A stretch of DNA of 61,441 nt, the filler included, from Bonamia ostreae (Eukaryota): NCBI GenBank assembly GCA_040357525.1. It is 11 parts of 11 records of this genome, joined end to end, with 100 filler letters (N's around TTAATTAATTAA, not from the genome) between each part and the next. Parts side by side here need not be neighbours in the genome. Positions count along the whole stretch, not along the records: positions 1 to 5,528 come from JBDODL010000182.1; positions 5,629 to 11,142 come from JBDODL010000183.1; positions 11,243 to 16,755 come from JBDODL010000184.1; 8 more parts are not named here. One strand, 5' to 3'. The translations under genes and the position numbers were made by a program. The stretch's first letter is position 1; every line of letters starts with the position of its first letter. Positions 1 to 11,430 of this stretch are shown piece by piece. The notes under the pieces are model-generated. The model was not told the origin of the DNA. It did not search any database and saw only the letters and a list, made by a program, of their open reading frames with translations.

Positions 1-147
1 ATATTCGGAAAAAAAAGAAAACAAAATTTTCAATATTTGGAAAAGCAAAATTTTGGAAATTGTTTTATATTTGCTAAAATTGCAATTAGCGTTTAGCGAT
101 ATAATTTAGATTGCTTAATTTCTGATATTGCTTAACAATATCCAATA

Positions 148-1872
148 ATGTCCGGAACCGAAAAAGCTGGATTGAAAGCAATAAACGCCACGGAAAACTC
201 TTTAGCATCAGATTGGAAAAACTGGGACAATTGCAAAGTTGCCGCTTGGATTTCAAGCCTTAAATTGCAAAACGACTATTCCCAAACAATAAAAAATTTT
301 CATTTAACAGGCGGTTCGCTGATTAATTTATGCCCTGAATATCTTGATTTTTTGCATATTAACAATTTGGAAGACAAACTCAAAATTCTTAACTCGTTGT
401 CCGACCTTATCGTTTTAAAAATTGATCTTCTTTATAAAAAAGTTATCGTCGAAATACAAGAAAAAGGAATTTGACACCAACACGACAAACGAAATAAGTC
501 TAAATGAGTTGCTGAAACCACATTTTGCAAAAAACGACAAAAACAAATTTTTTTTCGAAACAAGTATTGACGCATATCGATTCAAACGATTTAAGTACAG
601 TGATCTAGTTACATTAGAAGTTTTAAATTTCAAACTGTTTACAAAATTGCGTTGAACAAAATCAAATTTTTTTTTAAAAAGCGCGAATTTTCAAAATCTC
701 AGACATTGTTTCCCGACCAAATTAGCGTGATTTCAAAGAAACTTGGATACCCATTTAAAAAAATCGAAATCTGGTTTTCGAACAGAAGAGCAAAATCCCG
801 TAAAGAAAACCAGAGAATTTCAAATTTTTTGCAAACGACAAAATTCGAAGACAAAAATAACATTCCGATGATGGAATGTTCAAAGTGCAATTTCAAAAAT
901 CATGTCGCTTCTTCGAATTGCAATTTGTGTGGAAATCCGTTCCCAAAAGCGCTAAAATCTATCAGCAAAAAAGTTGCTTCTGTTGATGCAGAAAACCGCT
1001 CCGATTCTACTTGCAATTTGTGTGGAAAACATTTTGCTAAACCGAGCATTTTGAAAAGACACATGAGGTCGAATTTTAATTGCAAATCTTTGGCTTAGAA
1101 CGATTTAAATCAAAATTTTAATTGCAAATCTTTGGCTTAGAACGATTTAAAAACATTGATAAAATTAGAACACACACGGGAGAGAAACCTTACGCGTGTC
1201 AATATTGTAACAGAAAATTTGCACATAATCAAGATCGCCAAAGACATGAAATGTGCCACACAGGAGAACGCCCTTTTAGTTGTCATTTCTGTGGAAAAGG
1301 ATTTATCAGAAAAAGTTCGCTTAAAATGCATATTTCCTCGCATGAAAGAGAAGTTTCCATTTTGGCTCCAAAAAAATTTTCCTCGCAAATCTTAAAATTT
1401 TTCCAAATTAGTGATTTGGATTTTGTCAAATAAAAATAATAAGAAAATAAGACAATCGGTAAACGAGTACGAATTCGATTTTTTCCAAGAAAACGTTACC
1501 ACGAAAAATAAAGAAAAGAACTTTGAAGAAAAATCTTTCGGCTGCCGTTACTGTGAAAAGGCTTTTGATCGTCGTCAGAATCTCCAGAATCACGAAAGAA
1601 TTCACACTGGAGAAAAGCCATTCCAATGCGGGATTTGTGCAAAATGTTTTTCACAAGAATATCATGTGAAAAGACATATTAAGACGCACAAAACGGACGG
1701 GAACTTTGCTTGCGATGTTGCTCTTTGCAACGAGAAGTTTAAGACCGGGAACAAATTGGGGATTCACAAGAAAAAAGAGCATTTCGAACTTGTTTGCGAG
1801 CAATGTTCGGCTCATTTTAAAAGGCCCTCCGCTTTTAATAAGCATTTATTATCGCACCAAATTACATTTTGA
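148..1872 (+). CDS. SAM + homeodomain + RanBP2-type zinc finger + multiple C2H2 zinc finger transcription factor (spliced)
   Basis: Four ORF pieces join through GT-AG introns (412-442, about 620-681, 1068-1168, about 1353-1443). SAM-like WKNWDNCKVAAWISSLKL; homeodomain IEIWFSNRRAKSRK; CSKC..N......CNLCG; C2H2 fingers with HTGEKPY/HTGERPF/HTGEKPF linkers. Confidence 0.8.
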
Positions 1873-2172
1873 CAAAACATTTTATGTTGTTGCAAATATT
1901 TAATGAGATCTAAATATATCAATGTTAAAAACGACATATCTTCGAAAACAAAGCGCTGTTCATTATTCTAATGAACAGCGACTTTATTATATCAAAACGA
2001 CCATGATAAAATCGTCAATGGCAAAAATTGACGTTTTTGGGAACACATAAAATGTTCGTTTCCAAACTGATGCCAAGACGCATAAATTTATGTTCGTTTA
2101 AATTTATCCGAACTCCTCAATTGACTGAGGTTTCGCTAGAAACTTTGGACAGTGAAACGATAAAATTTAATG

Positions 2173-3186
2173 TTAGACGTTTTTCGAAATTTTGTACATT
2201 TTAGAAAGCGTTGTACATTCAAAATTGTTTTTGTTAAGACAAGTTAAAATTTCATCTAGATACGAAGTAGTCCATTTTCTTTCGTGGAGAATAATCACTC
2301 CGCCGTTATGGGCTCTTTTCAAAATAGTGTTTTTGATCTATTTTTTATAATTTTGACATTTAAAAACAATAAATTTTGATTTTATTTGAGCATCGAAAGG
2401 ATAAATATCGCCAAGTACTGGCGTCAATGTTTTGTTTTTGCCAAAATATTGTAACATGCTTTTATTGAAAAATCCTCCGCCAGGTCGAATCCATTTTTTC
2501 TCCATTTTTTCATCATTGTCTTTTAATCTTTTTAGAGTTAAATTTTGGCAGAAAATTTTTTAATCTTTGAATATCGAAATTTTATCGAAATTTATTTTTC
2601 ATTAAATTTTTAGAGTTAAATTTTTTAATCTTTGAATATCGAAATTTTATCGAAATTTATTTTTCATTAAATTTTTAGAGTTAAATTTTTTAATCTTTGA
2701 ATATCGAAATTTTATCAAAGATTTGAAAGTATTTTGAAATTAAATAACAAACCGATCAATAATAGATTGAGTCAAATTCATTTTATCGACAAATTCTTCA
2801 AATTTAAGTTTCAAACTACTTCTGTCCTTAAACATATGATTTGCAATTTCATGTCCATTCAAAAGTATTTTTTTAACAGTTTCTTCTCTGTTTTCGATAA
2901 AAGAGCCGATCAAAAAGAACGTCGCTTTAGCTTTATGTTCATTAAGAATTTGAAGAATATGTTCTGTGTAGATAGAAGGACTATCATCGATGGTCAAAGA
3001 TACAAATTTTTTATGATGTGGGTTTCCAATTTTTTCGTTTAATGTCAAATCAAAATTGCAGACGACCGAATTTGGAAGAAAAAAAGAATAAATTTTCAAG
3101 CCGTAAAAAATAACAAGAAAAAATATCAAAATTGATAATATGATCAATATTGATACTATCACTGCAACTATAAAATACCAATCCAT
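2173..3186 (-). CDS. Polysaccharide/chitin deacetylase (NodB, CE4) with N-terminal membrane anchor
   Basis: Motifs LTIDDSP, ATFFLIG, GHEIANH, IRPGGG, GVIILHE and C-terminal FECTTLSK. Introns at 2528-2752 and about 2338-2367; hydrophobic N-terminus. Confidence 0.85.
2530..2716. repeat. Intronic tandem repeat, 65-bp period, about 3 copies
   Basis: taatctttgaatatcgaaattttatc recurs at 2561, 2626 and 2691. Confidence 0.9.
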
Positions 3187-3695
3187 TTTCTCGTTAATTT
3201 AGTGATTTTTGTATAATGAAAAACAATCGAGGTTTAAGCGCTCTTATCATATTTGGTTTGCTTAATTTATTTCTTTGCTCAATCTTCTTCCAACTCGATT
3301 CTTGTTCGATGTTCGAATATAAATGGCATTCATCTGTTTCAATAATTGAATTTGTGCCACCTAAAAAAATAAATCCATTTTTAAATTTTGTCAATTGAGC
3401 GATTAATCATTTTCAATTTGTCGAATCTTGATCGCTTCAGATTCTTCTGAAGTTCTTCTTCTGTAAAAGCACCATAATATTCTAATTTTGATTTGCTTTT
3501 GAATAATAAGATTAAATTTTCTTATCAATGCGACAAAGATCGTTTTGTTTTCTAGTGACAACTGTTAATTAGATATAAAATTTTGTTAATTAGATATTTA
3601 TTATGTCACGAAAAGCGGCCAAAATGTAACAAGAATGCCAAAAAAATGCAATAAGAAAATAATGTTAAGCGATTCAAAGCAAAAATTTATAAAAA

Positions 3696-4469
3696 ATGTT
3701 AAGCGATTCAGAGCAAAAATTGGATGAAAACGTTGACAAAAAAGAACGGAAAAAGAAAACTGTGCCTCGAATAAGAGCAGAAATTTTAATGTCAGAAAAA
3801 GGACTAAAATCCTTATTGGCCGATTTCAATTCTTCCGGAATATTCGATTTGACGTCCAAAAAATTAGTTTTAACAAAATTTTAAAGAGGGTTGAATCGCT
3901 GATGAGACTTTTTAAACGATGGATCGAAGAGATGGACCCTAAAATAGATTTTGAAGACGCGATGGACGACATTTTTCTACTTGGAAAATCGAGAGAAATA
4001 ACAAATTATGTCAGAAACCTGAAAAGAGATTTTTTTGACGAAAACGCCAAACAACATAATTTGGATTCGGAAGATTTTGATTTTCTAAAGGAGTCCGTGG
4101 CCGCAAATAAAGAAGACTTTGCAGAGAAGAGCAGAATGAACATAAAATTGCCGAATGCTGAAAATACGGAAAAAGATGAAAAGATGGAAAACTTTTCGAA
4201 CCAAAGAGACTCAACGGAAACCATTGCGTCGCCAAACAAAAAAATCATCGACGAAAAAGTTGAACCGCAAACAGAAATATCGCCTGCAAACAATAAAAAG
4301 TCGGAAAACATCGAAAAAGAGAACTCTGAAAACACCGAATCTGCCATGGACGTTTTTTAAGCTCAAAACTAAAAAGAATATCGGACTTACCGAAACGCAA
4401 AAGCAGAGAATTAAGAGAAACCGGGAGCGCGCATTGGAAATACGCAAACTAAAAAGACCGTGTAAATAG
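3696..4469 (+). CDS. TIPIN: TIPIN/Swi3/Csm3 replication fork protection protein
   Basis: Swi3-like LMSEKGLKSL...LMRLFKRWIEEMDPKIDFEDAM..LG; C-terminal LTETQKQRIKRNRERALEIR; introns 3867-3886 and 4352-4376. Confidence 0.8.
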
Positions 4470-4564
4470 CATTTTTATAATAGTTTAATTACTGTCCATA
4501 TAACTAAAATCTAAGCTAAAGCTTAAAAAGCAATTTATTACAAACCGTTATAAGTTAAAAAGCA

Positions 4565-5433
4565 ATGTCAAACGATAAAATCGTAAGAGCAATGAACATC
4601 ATCAAAAGAATGCGTTTATTTTTCCATCTTTAAGCTCCAAAACACGTGGAAAAGGTTTTGAAGGCGATGATAAACATCGCCCCCGACATTTCAGAAGAAC
4701 TGCTCCAATACGTCGACCAGCCCCTAAAAATAGTCGAAGGCGATTCGGGAAGGCCGTTTGTAATCTGCGATTTTAACAGAGATGGCGACTCTGTTTCTTT
4801 TTTAACCCGCAGTACCGAAGCCCCCATTCCAACAAATACCATCCTCCGCCGAACGACTTCAAACCTTATTACCCGCCGAAAAGATTGAGGGAAATGGAAG
4901 TGTCCGCCAACGCAATTTTCGACCAATACCGCCATCTGTTCATTACGACTTATTGAAGGTATTACCAGGGAGGTGTTTCCTCCGTCTACTTTTGGGATCT
5001 TGGAGACAAGAAGGGCTTCGCCAGCTGTTGGTTGGTGCACAAAATGATCGATGGAGAACGCGACTTGGACTCCGGGTACTGGGACTCCATCCACGTCTTC
5101 GAAGTTTTGCCCAAAGGCGCACACGAACACATTTACCAGTTGACGACGACCGTCATGGTCGAAGTAGCTCAAAGGACGGAAGAAATGGGGCCGGGAACGA
5201 TATCCGGGAGCAAATCGAGACAACTCGAGAGAGTCTGCGAGGCCAAAGACGACGGAGACCATATCGCCAACTTGGGCTCGATGCTCGAAGACAACGAACT
5301 GGATTTGCGCAATGCCATCCAAACCATCTATATCCAGAAAACTCGCGAGGTGATCGGCAGCATGCTCACCTTTGAACATGATTACGGGACGGGGGACATG
5401 TTAGGAGATGCTATCAAAAAAGCTAAAAAGTAA
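4565..5433 (+). CDS. CAPZB: F-actin capping protein beta subunit
   Basis: [54 protein letters not shown] after removing introns 4614-4634, 4793-4812 and 4938-4958. Confidence 0.95.
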
Positions 5434-5528
5434 TGTAAAATAGTCCTCTTTTTTAATGTCGTTTTTCAGCCATTTAGAATAAAAATTATCTAAAGTCGCA
5501 AAAATTTTGCTTTTTACAAAAAAAAATC

Positions 5529-5628
5529 NNNNNNNNNNNNNNNNNNNNNNNNNNNNNNNNNNNNNNNNNNNNTTAATTAATTAANNNNNNNNNNNNNNNN
5601 NNNNNNNNNNNNNNNNNNNNNNNNNNNN
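5529..5628. other. Artificial contig linker N44-TTAATTAATTAA-N44 (also 11143-11242, 16756-16855, 22367-22466, 27974-28073, 33565-33664, 39154-39253, 44733-44832, 50311-50410, 55880-55979)
   Basis: Identical 100-nt spacer with six-frame stops. The segments between linkers decrease monotonically in length (5514, 5513, 5511, 5507, 5491, 5489, 5479, 5478, 5469, 5462). Confidence 0.98.
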
Positions 5629-6657
5629 TTTTTTGACGGCAGCAAGTCGCTGTTTGTCAGCAGAGCTGTGTTTTTTGTCCAACTCGATGTTTTGGAATTT
5701 GAGTTCTTCTGCCAAAGCACTGATTTCCTGGAAACTTTTCTCGATCTTTTCCTGTTTTTTCCCGAAAATCTCAAATTGCTGTTTTAGAGCCGCTTCTTTT
5801 TGGCTTTTGAAAGACTTTTGTCTTTCTTTCAGCGATTCGTCGAGTTGTTCGGCGAACTCGACTCTGAGCGTTTCTTCGATGTCGTTAGTTTTGGTTTTCA
5901 GTTGCTTTATTTCCTTTTCGTACGAAGAGACCATGTCGCGATAGGTTTTCTTGTTGAACTCTGTTTCGGAAATCTGTTCTTCTTGTTTGCTCTTCAACGA
6001 CTCGAAGCTTTTTCTGAGTTTGTCCCGTTCCGTCAGGAGCGAGTCGTTTTCTGCGTGGAGAATTTGCATTTTCTGCGTGTTTTCCTTGTTCTGGGCGCGG
6101 AACTTGTGGACGAGGCCGTTCAGACGGTTCAGAATGGCCAAGTCTTGTTCTCTTTTCTAGAGCGTTGGAAGAACAACAAACTTTCACGAGCGAAAACAAG
6201 CGTTTTTCCGAGTGGCAGAGCGCTTCGATTTTGTACTTCAGTTCCATTTTCGCCCTTTTCGCGGCCGCTTCCGATTTTTCCTTGTTCGATTTGAGGCTTT
6301 GCAGTTTTCTTTTCAGAGTCTGTTTGTCTTTTCGCAGCTGAAAAAAGTGGTTTTTGGAAACTTTGTTGAACGTTGCTCTGACCGATTCGATGATCCGCGC
6401 TTTTTCGTTGGCGAGGCTGTCTCTCAATTGGTCGATCTGGCTCTCCAGATTGACCATCTTGTCGTCATTCGTCTTTTGAATGGCGATGTAGCGTTCGAGC
6501 CGGTTGTTGCAATCTATCAGTTTGTTTTTGTCGCTTTCGGAATGGACTGATTTTGGCGTTTTTGCGCTTTGATCGATTTAATAAACGTTTGCGGAACGAA
6601 TTTTGGTGTTTCGATGTCTATATGTTTGGGCGTTTCCAAGCCGTTTTCGGTGATCAT
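5629..6657 (-). CDS. Coiled-coil protein, 3' truncated at the contig end
   Basis: Heptad-rich E/K/Q/L ORFs 5885-6457 and 5581-6141 joinable by a short intron; ATG at 6657. Confidence 0.6.
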
Positions 6658-6771
6658 TACTATTTGCGACTTAAATTTTAGCTTACAGATGTGTTAGTAT
6701 AGGAAATCACTAAATTGCACAGAAATGATAATTATAATTTGATCTGTGTTTTTTTGTTATTAACAAGAAGA

Positions 6772-6844
6772 TGCCGGTCTAGCGGTTGGCGTAGGACTAC
6801 GCCAATAGCGGCGGCGTGGGTTCAAGTACACGAGTTGCCATTTT
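6772..6844 (+). pseudogene. Degenerate tRNA-Leu-like element
   Basis: GGCGTGGGTTCAAGTACACGAGTTGCCA followed by TTTT resembles a tRNA-Leu 3' end; internal hairpin ttggcgtag-ga-ctacgccaa; T-stem and acceptor stem are broken. Confidence 0.45.
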
Positions 6845-7242
6845 CACATCAAATTTTTTTGATGGCGTAAATTTGTCATTTTAGAACTTTAATAAACAAA
6901 TTTTGTTACAACCGTTTAAAATAATGTTTTGAATAAGTTAATTTCAAATTTGTGATTTTATTGGCTCTGTAGTTAATTTTTAATTTTAATATGATAATTA
7001 AAACAACTTACCAAGTGTACATGGCTCTGTTTCAGTTTCAAACTCACTAAAACGCCAAAAATAGTCGATTTTGTGCCAAGAACAAGTGGATTGTTAACGT
7101 CTATTCAGCAATTTATTCCTTTGATAATTATCACATTTTCAAAAGGGCACATGATTAACTTTTTTAGTCAATAAAGATTTTATCTCTCCATTTTATCTCT
7201 CCATTTTAGTCGCTAAAAGTTATGTCAAAAAAGTATTAACAC

Positions 7243-8259
7243 TTAATTTACTTCCAAAGCTTCATATTTGTTTTTACTCGCAACAATTTCCTTTTTCTTC
7301 TCTTGAAATCCGAGCTTCAGTTTTCTCATGTTAGAATCGTCCTCTTTTTTCGTTTCGTTCTTTTTGTTTTCCCGGAACTTGCCAGAACCAAAGATATCTG
7401 AGCGCTTTTTCGGCGCGGATTGGGTGTCCGCATTGACAAACGAAAAGTCAAATTTTTTCCCTCCAAAAGCAGCCACTTTTTTGGATTGAGGTTTTTCTGT
7501 CGGGACGTTTTGATTGCTTCTGCGCAGTGGCCTTTCTTTGTTGTTGTAAGTGCTCTGAATGGTGTCTCTGCGCCCGGACGATTTTCTCCAATTGCCGCGT
7601 CCATGCGATTGTCTGTTTCGATCCCGCGAGTTCAAATTCCGCGCCGAGTTCGAATTGTGGGAAGGGGCTCTGCTGTGTCTTCTCGTCGATTGCGCCGACC
7701 CGGAATTCCGCGTTCTGTTTAAGGGCGGCGCTTTCTGTTGCTTGGGCCCGTTCGATTCGCGTGTTTCTGACAAAACCGCTTCGTCTGCCAAGCTTTCGTC
7801 GACAGTGGGCAATTCTCCGGATTCTACTAAAGGGATCACGACCCGTTTTTTGATGCGGGAGGTAACATCCGGGTCTTCTAAAGAACTAATGCTGACGGTC
7901 TTTTTTCTGAAGCGCTTTGAAGTCAAGTTGAAACCATTTTGTCACCGGAGAGTAGTATTGCGAAGGAAACCTCGTCCGTCACCGTGATGATTCCGTTCCC
8001 GGGTTTGATGATGACGATGTCCTTTATTTTGGCTTCGTCGACGGAATGCAATTTCGGGTTCAAGTCGAAGAAAGCAGGGAGAAGTTCGGGTCTAGTGTCA
8101 GCCGGAAAATTTGAGAATTCGACCCGAAATTCGCATTCTTTTTACATTTCAAACCAAACCAGAATCGTCGTCTTCTTCGAAAAGTTCCTCGTCGAAACTC
8201 AATTTGGCCAAGTTTTTGGATAAGTCTTCAGATGAGTCGCTACTTTTTTTGTCAGTCAT
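7243..8259 (-). CDS. eIF4B-like protein (degenerate RRM plus R/S/G-rich tail)
   Basis: Divergent RRM (FRVEFSNFP...), DIFGSGKFRE resembling the eIF4B PFGxA(R/K)PRE repeat, terminal NKYEALE; two short introns. Confidence 0.55.
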
Positions 8260-8600
8260 TAAATTAGCCAGCTTCTTAAATCTGATGAGTTAATATATGA
8301 ATCTTTTTAGTATTGCGAACTTTGCCTTTTTTGGTCAAAACTGATTCACTTTCCATTTTTTGTCGTTCTCAAGATATGTCGTTTTTGCATTTTAACCATT
8401 TCTAGATGAGATTTATTAAAAGATGCTATCCAACTTGCCATTTATTCGAAATTTTGGTAATTTTTTATAAATGGCGTACAAATTTTTTCGTCAATGGGAT
8501 ATTACAAATTTTGGTAATTTTTGTACATTTCTGAAGATTCGTTTTTGAATTCTTAAACTTGCACATTTGTACATTTGTACAAACTTATTAAAAGTTTTCT

Positions 8601-8691
8601 GGCGCGATGGTTCAGTCGTTCAAAATAAGTGTGAAAGTTGTTATTTCCAACTGATATCGAATCAATCCCGGTTCGAATCCCGGTGTTGTCA
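8601..8691 (+). pseudogene. tRNA-derived element (A-box-like 5' end, B-box GGTTCGAATCC)
   Basis: GGCGCGATGGTTCAGTCGTTC...CCCGGTTCGAATCCCGG; internal duplication of atttccaactgat; no clean anticodon arm. Confidence 0.5.
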
Positions 8692-8885
8692 TTTCCAACT
8701 GATCTCGAGACGGGAGACGCTAATTTACTGAGATTGTCCTTGGAAATTTCTGACTTTGAATGTCTGCATAGACGATTGGGAAAAGTAATTAATAAAAAAG
8801 TAATTAATAAAAAAGATCAATCTGAAAGGTCAAAATTGAAAAAGTAATTAATCAGTGCTACAGAGGAAAGGTTGAATAACTAAAA

Positions 8886-10018
8886 TTATTTTTGTTCCTT
8901 CTCCTTGCTTTGCGAATCCGTGGACATATCGCTTAAGGAATATTCCGAGGATGAATGCGAGTCATCGCTGTCGCGATCGTTAGATTTTTGTGTTTTTTTC
9001 TTTTTCGGATCCCCGTTTTCGAGGGCGTCCGCCATTTCTTTTTCGGTTTGCTCGACGTCGATGTTTTCTGAATGCGGCTTGTATGCTTGCGCGAATCTTG
9101 AGCCCAATATGTTGTCGTTAGTTTCTCCGACTTGGTTGTTCTTGCCAACAAACGGAACAAAATGCTTACATTAAAACAAAACTGGCAATCCGTCGTATTC
9201 GCTTATGTCGGAAACAGCGAATCCCTTCGCGCGTGTTCTGAGAACGCGGACGATCCAAATCTTCTCCAGATATTTTAGTTGACTCGAGCTTAGTTCAAGG
9301 TACCTATATTTGTAACTAGCTTAAAATGTATGTGCGAAACCCAAATGACCGACGACAGCGCCGAACACGATATCGAGATTGAACCCGAAAAACTGGAAGA
9401 AAACGCAGAGAACGAAAGGATAGACGACAGGAGGGATTTTTACAAGAAAAAACGGAACGCCCCTTTCCTGAAAGGGTTCCTTCAGAACAATCGGCAAAAC
9501 GTTGAAGAAGAGGACCCACATGCCGACAGATGTTTGAACCGATATGACTTGCACGAACAAACCGAAAAACAAGCAGAAAACAGCAAAGAGCACCTTGGCG
9601 ATATTTAAAGCAACCTGAGAGATAAAATTGAGGACCAGAATTTGCACGAGCAAATAGACCGAACCTCTCTTTTGCTCTATTTTCTGCAAAACAGTGAAAA
9701 GAGATAGAGCTTGAAACAATCCACCGAAAAACGATGAAGGAAGAGCCCAACTAAATATCAATCTGTGGACTTTGCCATATTTTTTAAAAACTTTGAAGTC
9801 CGATAATGGCTTTATAAGGAATGTTCGCAAAGATTTGCACCAAATCAATTCCTATTACCGAAGTAAGAGAGAGAAAAGACCCTGCGATCGAAAGAAGGAT
9901 AAAAAATTTTGTGACGAGCGCGGTTTCGTCGAGCCAATTTCTGACAGACTCTTTCGCCGCTTCCAACGGCTGTTGCCGATAATCGATATTCTATTTCATT
10001 AAATTTTATTACGGCCAT
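8886..10018 (-). CDS. Rhomboid-superfamily membrane protein (Derlin/RBL15-like)
   Basis: WLDETALVTKFFI, LQIHRLIFSW, IEQKRGS, VKIPPVVYPFVL, GAVVGHL; multiple TM segments; introns include an 18-nt one at 9165-9182. Confidence 0.7.
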
Positions 10019-10109
10019 CTCAACGATTATCTGTTCGATTTTTAGCTTATTGGATGTTTATCCTTAACCCATATATTGTCAGCAGCCTTAGAATTCAATA
10101 GATTTAGCC

Positions 10110-10967
10110 ATGGGCCAAACGAAATCCAAATATGTCATGGAGATGGAACCAGACTCTAGTTTTTCCCACGCCGATCCTGACGAGGCCATCGAGATGTTCG
10201 AAGAAGACAGCAGACAAGTGCCGAGTGTGGTGGAAAACGTGGAGCCGTTCCCCGCGTCCCCCAAAGCATTCGAAGAACCGCTCCAAGCCGGCAAGGAAAC
10301 CGACAAAGCCGTCAAAGGTAAAGTCGTCAACACGAATCCCGACGCGAAGGTAAAGTACCCTTCGGTCTTCATTTGGGTTTCCACGTTCATTTAAGCCGTA
10401 CGGGGGGAAAGAAGTGTCCATTGTGAACAGCTTCGACGGGTGGAAGACAGCCCATCGAATGTACAAAAGCGAAAACGACTTCAGTCTGATAATTGATTTG
10501 CCGAACGGAAAACACGAATACGCGTTTGTTGTGGACGGGAAAAGGTTTTCAGTTTTAATAATTCTGCGGCTCCAAAATTTAGGCAAATAAACAGAGACAA
10601 TTTGACCAAAATCGGCAAAGACGGCGTCGAAAACAACGTCGTTATTGTGAAGTCCCCGGCCGCCACAGACCAAACAGAAGAAAACATGAAAACGGAGTGC
10701 GAGTATGGCCAGAAATTCCCAGACGAGAGTCTGTACAAAAAAGAGCCGCCGACACTGCCTCCGCACCTCAGCTACGTGCTACTAAACTATCCTCCGCACG
10801 ATATTCTGGATCCTTCCACGTTGCCGATCCCGCAACATGTCACAGTCAACCACGGCTACACTCTGGTAGACGAAAGCAGCGGAGTCAAAATCCTCGCGGT
10901 GACGCAGCGAGTCAAATCCAAGTTCGTCACGACCACGTTTTATAAACCCGTCGAAGCTGACTCTTAA
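10110..10967 (+). CDS. PRKAB: AMPK/SNF1 beta subunit (CBM48 + ASC domain, N-myristoylation MGQ)
   Basis: MGQTKSK; VFIWPYGGKEV..NSFDGW; LPNGKHEYAFVVDG; KEPPTLPPHL; DPSTLPIPQHVTVNH; KFVTTTFYKP; introns 10377-10395 and about 10545-10582. Confidence 0.93.
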
Positions 10968-11430
10968 TAAATTTATATTTGACTTTTACCAAAAAGTGAT
11001 TTTTAACGGTTCAAAATCGACCAAAAACCGTTTGTTGTTCCAAACAATTAAAAAAAAACTTGATTTTTCCAAAGAACTTCAGAGGAAAAATTAAAAGTAC
11101 TTCAGAGGCCAAACTATTATACGACATTTATTCAAAAGAGGANNNNNNNNNNNNNNNNNNNNNNNNNNNNNNNNNNNNNNNNNNNNTTAATTAATTAANN
11201 NNNNNNNNNNNNNNNNNNNNNNNNNNNNNNNNNNNNNNNNNNACGCAGAAAAACGAATTAAATTTTTCAATCATTAAAATTAATAATCTTTGATTCCAGT
11301 TGTCTCTATTGAAAAATTTGGCAATCGTTTTAGAAAATAAATGAAAAGGAAAACCAAGAAAAGAAGATCTTTTCTAAGAAGGAATTTAAATTCTCGCAAG
11401 TTGTTGAAATAAAAAACAAAATATTGATAT

